A stretch of DNA of 22,163 bases from Amoeboradix gromovi X-113 (Eukaryota; Fungi; Sanchytriomycota): the NCBI GenBank assembly GCA_018985225.1, contig JADGIF010000084.1:1-22163 (forward strand). Reading direction: 5' to 3'. The translations under genes and the position numbers were made by a program. This document shows, piece after piece, positions 8,578-15,884 of the stretch (its first letter is position 1; the number at the start of each line of letters is the position of its first letter). Below the pieces are notes generated by a model. It worked only from the letters and a program-made list of their open reading frames with translations, ran no database searches and had not been told where the DNA came from.

Positions 8578-10065
8578 TTATTTAAAAAACAAAGGATATA
8601 ATTCTTGCTCTGAATCTGTAAATTCAACTTTTTTCTCTACTAAATCACTTGCAATGTTCTCCCAAATTTCAAGTTCATTTGATTCAATCAAGAACGGATT
8701 GGGGCGCTTTAAAATGAGAGGATTAGAATCACTTTTGTTTATCATTTCCAATAATAATGCCACCAAGTATTCTGATTTTATTTCTTCCGTCAATCTTGAT
8801 TTAAAATGATCATCCAATTTCAAATTCAATTTATAATGTACAAAAAGATACCAGTAAAGCTGTACTGACGGCACAATTAGAGTACGTAACACAAAGTCTC
8901 TTGCATACTTTAATCCCATTTTAATAGAATCAATTTCCCCGTCTTTCAGCCATTTACGCAACAACATTGGCTGTAAATATGGCAAACTCATCAATTTGTG
9001 TTTATAAGGAATATCTAAGGTGATAACATACTCTGAAGCAAGTTTAAAGAAGCAATGATTGCTTTCAATCAATTTTTCCAAATAAAAAACAGCATTCGTC
9101 AAATCAGAATTAATCACTTCAAATGGTGTTTGTTCTGTTGCCCTATCTAGTTTCAACGTTTTATTATCATTGAATCGAAGCAAACCTCGTCTTAAAATCT
9201 GCTCTGATAAGAATTCCATTTGATCCAAATTGTCTGTCATATTTGATGTAAATATGAATTTATCGTGTACTACTATAATTCCATAAATGGAAACAACATC
9301 ATTGACAGCTTTTCCAACATGGCAAGCAATTCTCGAAATTAAATAATTTGCAATTTCGTCAAAAACTGAATCTCCGATTGGAATTCCTTTAGAAATCTTC
9401 TTTTGGCATGACATGATTGCTGATTCCAAATCTCTATACCAAATAGTCTGGTCTTTTCTACTATCAAATGCTTTTGTATTTCCTACAGACAAAATACCAA
9501 TCAAATGATTATACAAAGATGGATAGCAATCTTGAATATCCAAGACTCTCATATATCTGTGACTAGTCATGTCATTTAATTTATTCAATTCAGAAATAAC
9601 TTCACCAACATTTTGACACACCACCACATTGTTTGATTTCAATTGATGGTTTGTAATATCTTGAATAGCTGATGTGATGGGCTGATATTTATATATTTTT
9701 GTTAATAATAGTGACATTGCAAGTGGGTTGACGTTGTGTATCAACATTCTGTTCTTTTTAGTTATGAATTTCCATATTTCAATTCCTAAAAAGCCATTTT
9801 GCAACTCAATGTAATTAAGATTTGCGTCTCTATGATTAATATTACTAGGTGGCATATGATATTCCACTTTATTTAATTTAATTTTGTTGATTGCGACATG
9901 TTCTTTGGTCCAATCGTGACTCAACTTTGGATGAACAAACTGAATATCTGCATTATTTGACTCTTCTTGATTATTTTCGTTAACCACAACAGAAATCTTG
10001 AATAATTCGGGCAATTCAAATCCTGGAAAAGAGAGATGAAATTGGTGCAGTTCTAAAATAGACAT
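8578..10065 (-). CDS. Reverse-transcriptase-like protein of bacterial Abi/UG (DRT) type, atypical catalytic motif, helical C-terminal region
   Basis: Ordered RT motifs: KKNRMLIHNVNP; VLDIQDCYPSLYNHLI (cf. DI..fYpSIYtH.I); KGIPIGDSVFDEIANYLI (cf. GIPIG...s...Ae..l); VVHDKFIF at the YxDD position; LRFNDNKT (cf. L.lN..Kt). Intronless 495 codons. Confidence 0.82.
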   Translation of the reverse strand: MSILELHQFHLSFPGFELPELFKISVVVNENNQEESNNADIQFVHPKLSHDWTKEHVAINKIKLNKVEYHMPPSNINHRDANLNYIELQNGFLGIEIWKFITKKNRMLIHNVNPLAMSLLLTKIYKYQPITSAIQDITNHQLKSNNVVVCQNVGEVISELNKLNDMTSHRYMRVLDIQDCYPSLYNHLIGILSVGNTKAFDSRKDQTIWYRDLESAIMSCQKKISKGIPIGDSVFDEIANYLISRIACHVGKAVNDVVSIYGIIVVHDKFIFTSNMTDNLDQMEFLSEQILRRGLLRFNDNKTLKLDRATEQTPFEVINSDLTNAVFYLEKLIESNHCFFKLASEYVITLDIPYKHKLMSLPYLQPMLLRKWLKDGEIDSIKMGLKYARDFVLRTLIVPSVQLYWYLFVHYKLNLKLDDHFKSRLTEEIKSEYLVALLLEMINKSDSNPLILKRPNPFLIESNELEIWENIASDLVEKKVEFTDSEQELYPLFFK

Positions 10066-10075
10066 TTAATACAAA

Positions 10076-10544
10076 AGGGACATCAAATATAAAAACTGGA
10101 CTAACTTTCTGTAACAACTTGGGACATAATTTCAGCTATATTAATTTTATGATTTAAGAGACGAGTGGACATTCAGCTAGTTGCGTAGTTGACGAGTATA
10201 AAAGGAAAATAAATAACTTTTTGTATCGAAATTTCAAAAATAAATATTCTGTACAGCTTTTCTCTTCTCTTTCATCCAATCTTTATTTCAAATAAAATAT
10301 CACTATTACACTTCAAAGAAATAGATAAGAGTAATGATGTTAGTAAATGCACCTTTTTCTTAGATGCTCAAAGACCTCATATATTTGAACGAGATGCAGG
10401 GTCTTCTAGTTTTATTTTAAAAAGAGGAATACAATTAATGAAAGAAAATTGGTGTAATAGACGATCTTTTATTAATGATAGTATTTCATCCGTATTCAGC
10501 ACCTTCAAAAACGAGTTAGTCTAGTTTTTATATTTGGTGTCCCA
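10076..10544 (+). mobile_element. Non-autonomous TIR element (469 bp) retaining the 3' end of a Fanzor-like ORF
   Basis: Left AGGGACATCAAATATAAAAACTGGACTAACT; right (revcomp) TGGGACACCAAATATAAAAACTAGACTAACT followed by TA. 10345-10544 is highly similar to the reverse complement of 21958-22160. Frame reads KCTFFLDAQRPHIFERDAGSSSFILKRG...NELV*. Confidence 0.88.
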
Positions 10545-10620
10545 TAGAGACCATGTTGCAGTAGATTAGCACTTGAGATATGCGCATCCCTATTTAATCG
10601 TAGCAGTGAAGCCAACCATT

Positions 10621-11058
10621 GAAACAGCTCAACTGTTTTCTTGAATAAATCATTTATCGCGAATTTGTTTGCATTTTTATATAATTTCATGGCTTTTCCA
10701 ATAGCTTTAATACTGGATATTCTTCTATTCTACGAATTTTAAATGAATCAATGGATGCGATCCCGAATATGTCAAACCTAACGAAATAACTAACAAGTAT
10801 AGCACACATTCATCAACACTGATAATCTGGTCCAAAGATGGAAGAATTAGATGTCTTTCAATGCCTTTAAGAGATATCTGCACAATCTATTCAAGTAATG
10901 CTTGAAGTTCAAGTATAAACAAAGAAGAAAGACGATGGTTGAGTGTAATGAAGCATTTACTATTCAGACATGTACAAGGTGGGGTACTCCAAAAAACCAA
11001 CCTGGTAGTTGCTCTGTGGAAATTCTCGATTTTCTCGGAAATCAGTACTTTAACGAGG
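10621..11058 (+). mobile_element. Internally deleted IS607-like element, copy 2 (left region, tnpA HTH fragment, tnpB fragment, right end)
   Basis: 10762-10866 encodes PEYVKPNEITNKYSTHSSTLIIWSKDGRIRCLSMP. 10890-11000 encodes FK*CLKFKYKQRRKTMVECNEAFTIQTCTRWG, collinear with copy 1. It ends TACTTTAACGAGG. Confidence 0.82.
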
Positions 11059-11112
11059 AAACCGACTCTTAATAATTTAATTTCAATTAAAAATAAAGTA
11101 GAGATTTATTGA

Positions 11113-11970
11113 TCACCTGTTTAATCTATGTCTTTGTCTGCTCAATTTATTGGCTAACTTCTGCTTATCTTTACGAAGTTTCTTCTCTTCTTTGGTCTCA
11201 TCTTTCTTCCGGTTGGGTACACATATCTCAATAACTTCCGCATTATTCTCCTTGACTATGGAAATCGATGACTTTGAATCTGATTTTGGCAATTCAATTA
11301 CTATTGGTCTAACAGAGGCATTAGCATTAGACAGTTGTTGCATATCATAGGTCCATGAGAGTTCCTCATCTTCACTGGAACTATTTGAAGAGTCTTCGCC
11401 AACATGTTCAACTTTGTTTTGTATGTGTACAATTCCCAGAATTTTTTCCTTCAATTCTTCAGGATTATATTCATATTTGTAATATTTCTCTCTAGGCTTA
11501 ACAGCTTTAGCATAAAGGTTCAGCTCATTTAACTGCTCTTCTTCTGCTTCTTCTTCGTACTCTTTCATAAACGCATCAAAGTTTCTATCGATAGATCTTT
11601 CGGCCCTTCCTACTTGTATCAGTTCTTCAACAAACCCGCCATCATCGTTCAGATTTTCTTCATTCAAGTACCCATCTTCATTGACTACGAAATCTTCATT
11701 TTCCATCGCCTCTATCAACTCTTGAATATCAGGATTGTCCAACTCGCTTTCGTCAAAATCATCCGTTGGTTCATTGAATGGCACAAATACTGCATCTGAG
11801 TCTTTTCCGATTTGTTTGAAATGCTTATCATAATCGTAAATGTCTGTTGGTCCGACGTTCATTAATTTTAAATGCTCAGGATCTGCAACATGAACCGCTT
11901 TCCATTCTTGAGTGTTGTCTTTGCCATGTACTAACACAAATTTTGTCACATTCCTGTCTCTTTGGGACAT
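11113..11970 (-). CDS. LTV1: LTV1-like 40S ribosome biogenesis factor
   Basis: N-terminal TKFVLVH, YDYDKHFKQIG, LDNPDIQELIEAMENEDFV, acidic middle, and C-terminal RKKDETKEEKKLRK. Likely start ATG 11970; the ORF opens at 12057. Confidence 0.75.
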   Translation of the reverse strand: MSQRDRNVTKFVLVHGKDNTQEWKAVHVADPEHLKLMNVGPTDIYDYDKHFKQIGKDSDAVFVPFNEPTDDFDESELDNPDIQELIEAMENEDFVVNEDGYLNEENLNDDGGFVEELIQVGRAERSIDRNFDAFMKEYEEEAEEEQLNELNLYAKAVKPREKYYKYEYNPEELKEKILGIVHIQNKVEHVGEDSSNSSSEDEELSWTYDMQQLSNANASVRPIVIELPKSDSKSSISIVKENNAEVIEICVPNRKKDETKEEKKLRKDKQKLANKLSRQRHRLNR

Positions 11971-12229
11971 AAGTTTCCTCCTCTGAAGAGTTGATACATC
12001 TCTTGATTTAAATTGAAATAAACAATTTATCACGCTTAAATGATTCATATCGCTCAACGCACTCTCTTTCTAAACTTTTGTGACTGTATAAACCTCAATA
12101 GCCTTGTTTATCATCAATTGCAAATGCTCAAATCGCCTCATCCAGAATATGTTAAGTCTATATTAGCTGCTAGTGGATGCACAACACATGCTTCGACACT
12201 TACGAGTTGGCCGAGTAATGGTAGAATGA

Positions 12230-12460
12230 GAGGCACATTTTGAGGCATCCGCGAATCGTTAAGTATTTCCACCTCCTCAAGAAAAGGTCGTCGTGTTTGT
12301 TAGAGTCTTACACAGTGTCAAAAAAGGGTTCTTGAACGACAAGAGAGTAACATATCTAATGATCTCAGAGTAACCGGTATTACTGAAGACAACTGAAGCG
12401 GTGGATTTACAAGTAGACAAGGATCACATTGGGGCGCCATATATAGCAATGAGACCAATA
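12230..12460 (+). pseudogene. Possible heavily decayed TnpB/Fanzor C-terminal relic
   Basis: Frameshifted pieces KVVVFV/ESYTVSK (~12285-12323) and LQVDKDHIGAPYIAMR (12407-12454) echo E.YTSK and LEIDRDHMAARNIYIK. Confidence 0.35.
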
Positions 12461-13324
12461 AAAATCCCATGGAGTCATATGTATAGGCATTCTTAATCTC
12501 TTAAAAACACTTATTTAGAAATCAGAGTTTCAAGCTCTAGTAATTATGTATTTATCCATTATATCACGTAGCCTTGAATTTAAAATTGTAAATCTAAATA
12601 TAACTTGTCTGACAAATAGATACGCTACATGAGTAAATGCTAAATTTTTTGTCAATATATCATTGCAATTCACCACTGCAAAAGGAAATACCTATGACTC
12701 CCAATATTTGTTAAATGCGAGTCGCAAGAAATGATTTTGGCGCAACGATTCCTTTGGGACACCCATTATATACATCAATCAAGACCCTATTTAATGTAAT
12801 GTGGTTACTTTCTGATTATATTTCTCAGTTGTTACTGTGGAAAAAGTAATTTGATTGGTGTAATTGAAATTGGAGAAGTTTCGATGTAATCAGTAAATAC
12901 TTCTATAAGAATATGCTAAAACATAGGTTTTACAATTTTTGAACAAAAAACTTAGAAAACCATGACGAGTCTACGTAAAATTAAATCTCTAAAATCTACA
13001 AAATCACGGGCATATCTTAGGAACGGCTTTTTGCATTCATTCATGTTATAAACTGTATCTTAGATTTTCTAGGAGTCCAGGAATTTCAATGAGTATTTGA
13101 TCAACTGTATGAACTCACACAAAAAGGATTAATTATATGGAATCATGTTATAAGATTACGTATATCGACGAGAAAAACGGTTGGAATTGCAAAGATGTGT
13201 ATTAGTTAGAAATGAAATTAAAGAGTAAGTTGGAAAAGTCACTCCAACGTAGGATGTTAATATAATAAGAGAAAGAATTCTTTGTAAGAAGTTTGTATAG
13301 CTGCTGTTAAAAAATCATAAACAT

Positions 13325-14540
13325 TTATTGGTTACCCTGCTGCAATTGTTGTTGTTTAACATCTTTCCAGGTTTCCAGGTTTTTTTTATGAAAGTCCAAC
13401 ATGTTTTGGCAGTAAACTAACATAGCCTGTTTGAATTCCACCTTTTGCATTTTGTCAAATCGGTCCATTTCTTGATTGATGCTCTCACTTATTTGTGCAA
13501 TATCGTCTTCCTGGGCGCTTCTAGTTTGCTCCAACTACATTACTTTTAATTACTTGAGCAATCGTGTCCTTTGTCTTAGCTATTTGCAACCTTCTGGTAG
13601 CATCTGGATCAGAATCCATCATACTGTTGATTTTGTCCGTTATATTACCAATGACTCCCTTATTAACTACTACTCTACTTCTTTCCATTCCCGAATATGC
13701 CTCATTCATTCGCTTTACCTCCTCCTCTGTCTTTTCCAATTGCTTCAATAAATTCCATTTCAAAGTCAGTTGTTCCGTATTCTGCTCAAAAGACAGTTGC
13801 TTCTGCATTCTGTATCCTAGCATCTCTTTTATCTCTTCAGTCATTGACGAGTACTCATGGAACAAATCCTCGACATTGACTTGCATTTCATTACATAAAT
13901 GAAGCTTAGCGACATGTACTTTGTCAACAGCTTGCCCGAGTACTTGAAGTGTGTTTTGTAGTTCTGGGGCATGCTCTGTCAAAGCGAGAGCATTGTATAC
14001 GGCACCAAGTTCCGCATCATCTGGCGCCATGTCAGAGTACTTGCGGAACACTTTCTGCTGAAGCTTGGCTAACAGTTTGTAATGAGATTCTAATTTCAAA
14101 ATGTAGTTCTCATACTCGATAAATTTAACATCTGGGTTTTTTGTACTCTGGGAAACAATTGAAAATGATTTCCGCTTTGTATGGCCCTTAATTTCCAAAG
14201 AAGGTGCAGCGCTTGGGTCTAAGAATTGCAGCACACCTGGGTCCTCTGCTAATACCTGATGCTCTAGTACTCTACACATGAATTTGTTCAAGTGTCTTTT
14301 ACGCTGCTGAATAACACTCGGATCAAATTTAGCACTGTTAGGATGAACTGCATATTGTTTAAGTGATGTTTTTGATGGAATAGATGGAATTATAATAGCT
14401 GGATATTTATCTTTTAAATAACTATGCAGCTGATCAAATTCACTATATCTTTTTCTCAGCTCTACATCTTTGTACTGTATGATATATACGGTTATTTTAT
14501 TTTGAGTTTGTGCATCTAATACTTGAATAACGGGAACCAT
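13325..14540 (-). CDS. PX-BAR sorting nexin (Snx4/Snx41/Atg20-like), two exons (14540-13554, 13534-13325)
   Basis: PX motifs RKRYSEFDQLHSYL, IIPSIPSK and QRKRHLNKFMCRV, plus a helical BAR region. The two ORF-track pieces join in frame (TIAQ|LEQTRS) across a 19-nt intron. Confidence 0.88.
13535..13553 (-). other. 19-nt spliceosomal intron
   Basis: GTAATTAAAAGTAATGTAG; its removal fuses the BAR C-terminal helix in frame. Confidence 0.85.
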
Positions 14541-14860
14541 GAATTATTAAACCTTGTTTGAAATAACATGGGACATATTTTGGAACAATGGCCACGTCAA
14601 GTCTGGATCACACTTTCAAGACTGCTCACGGTAGCAGCTCATTGAGGGCCCTTGCTTTCAATGATGACCTTCTTGCGTACTCCATGAGTAATATTTGAGA
14701 CCCATTCTGACAAAATGTTCTCATTTCCAAGTGGGAGGAACACCTAGATTACCCATCATCTTTGATTCATCATGCTCAACACAACAGAGAAACAAAAACC
14801 CAGACAGAAAGAGCCATTGCAAAAGAGTAAAAAGATGACAATAAGCACTAGAGAGAATAA

Positions 14861-15139
14861 AGAAAACTAGTCGAATCGCCACATCCAAAACACATTAAAC
14901 TGCAGTTAATAGAATATATACAGGTATATCATCACACTCAAGCAAAATCGTTTTTATTTATCAGTTGGTACTTTGAAACAAACAATATCTCAGGATTTCC
15001 AGATTCCCCAAGGCTTCTTAAATTGTTGCAACATATGCTCGAGTGCTAATCAGCCAAGCTGCTTTGAAAGAGATCGCCAGCGAGTTTTATATTGAGAAAA
15101 GGGTTAATGGCATATTATTGGACTGAAACATCTTTCTAG
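14861..15139 (+). pseudogene. Frameshifted Fanzor-like relic homologous to the ORF in the TIR elements
   Basis: RKLVES..KHIKLQLIEY...PRLLK / CCNICSSANQPSCFERD / ASFILRKGLMAYYW parallels CTLCLDAQRPHIFERDAGSSSFILKRG. Confidence 0.65.
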
Positions 15140-15308
15140 GAGGTCGCATTTCTGCGATTGGGTTCCATGAGTGAATTGGCAACAATTGGTCACTTGAAAT
15201 TACAAACAATAAATTTGTTTGATATTATTTACTATACAAGCAGGACCTCAAAGTTATCTGCTTCAATTCAACAAATCATGGACAATCCTCAGAACCCAAG
15301 AGTTTACC

Positions 15309-15610
15309 CCTCGTGAAAGTCCTGATTTCCGAGAAAATCAAGAATTTGCACAGAGAAACTGACAAAGGCAGCCGCTCAATTATAGCGATTGCTCACACTC
15401 GCGTTACTCTGAGGTGGGATTGAATAGGGATGCATAGATGGAGTTGCTCTTTGATACCATATGGTCTCTGTCAACTTCTAAATGCCAGTTTGTTCATGCG
15501 GACATCTCCAGCCGAATTTCTTCAGAGCGCCATACTTTCACACTACTCACTGTTAAATGCTTTATTTCATGCCAAGGATGTTTTTTCTTTATTTGCACTT
15601 AATCTTCATT
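15309..15610 (-). mobile_element. Decayed IS607-like element, copy 3 (tnpB 3' part plus right end)
   Basis: Collinear with 5085-5390: AAAGTCCTGATTTCCGAGAAAATC, CACAGAGAAACT, CTGAGG.GGGATTGAATA, CCATATGGTCTCT and TTTCTTCAGAG are shared. Confidence 0.8.
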
Positions 15611-15884
15611 TTTAGACCGGTTTCTGAATATGTCTATTACGCAATTAAAAAAGTCTAGAAAGAGAGTATATTGAAGCGATATAGGACATGTGATAACGAT
15701 AAAAGGCTTTTTTACTTAAATCGACACCTGAGAAATGGCGATGACTTTACTGGCCGAGAAGAAACGATGTGGATATACTTCACACTACGTCCAGATGATA
15801 AGTCATGAAAAACCTCTTTGAAAGTCAGATATTCCAACATCCTATGTGGGTGTCATAAAAAGAGGATTTATTAGGATCAAACAT

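Noticed and set aside
8578-10065. LINE, LTR, group II intron or telomerase origin for the RT ORF
   Set aside because: No QG motif-B signature, endonuclease, RNase H or maturase domain, LTRs or poly(A) tail. The motifs fit Abi/UG RTs better.
10505-10690. 61-aa ORF
   Set aside because: Spans the IS607-like left region and a TIR on the antisense strand; a chance ORF.
94-14580. Short TGGGACA matches (95, 5412, 10120, 11963, 12755, 14569) as extra TIRs
   Set aside because: Only 7-9 bp match and the AAATATAAAAACT core is absent; compatible with chance.
15430-15615. 61-aa plus-strand ORF
   Set aside because: Antisense to the decayed tnpB of copy 3.
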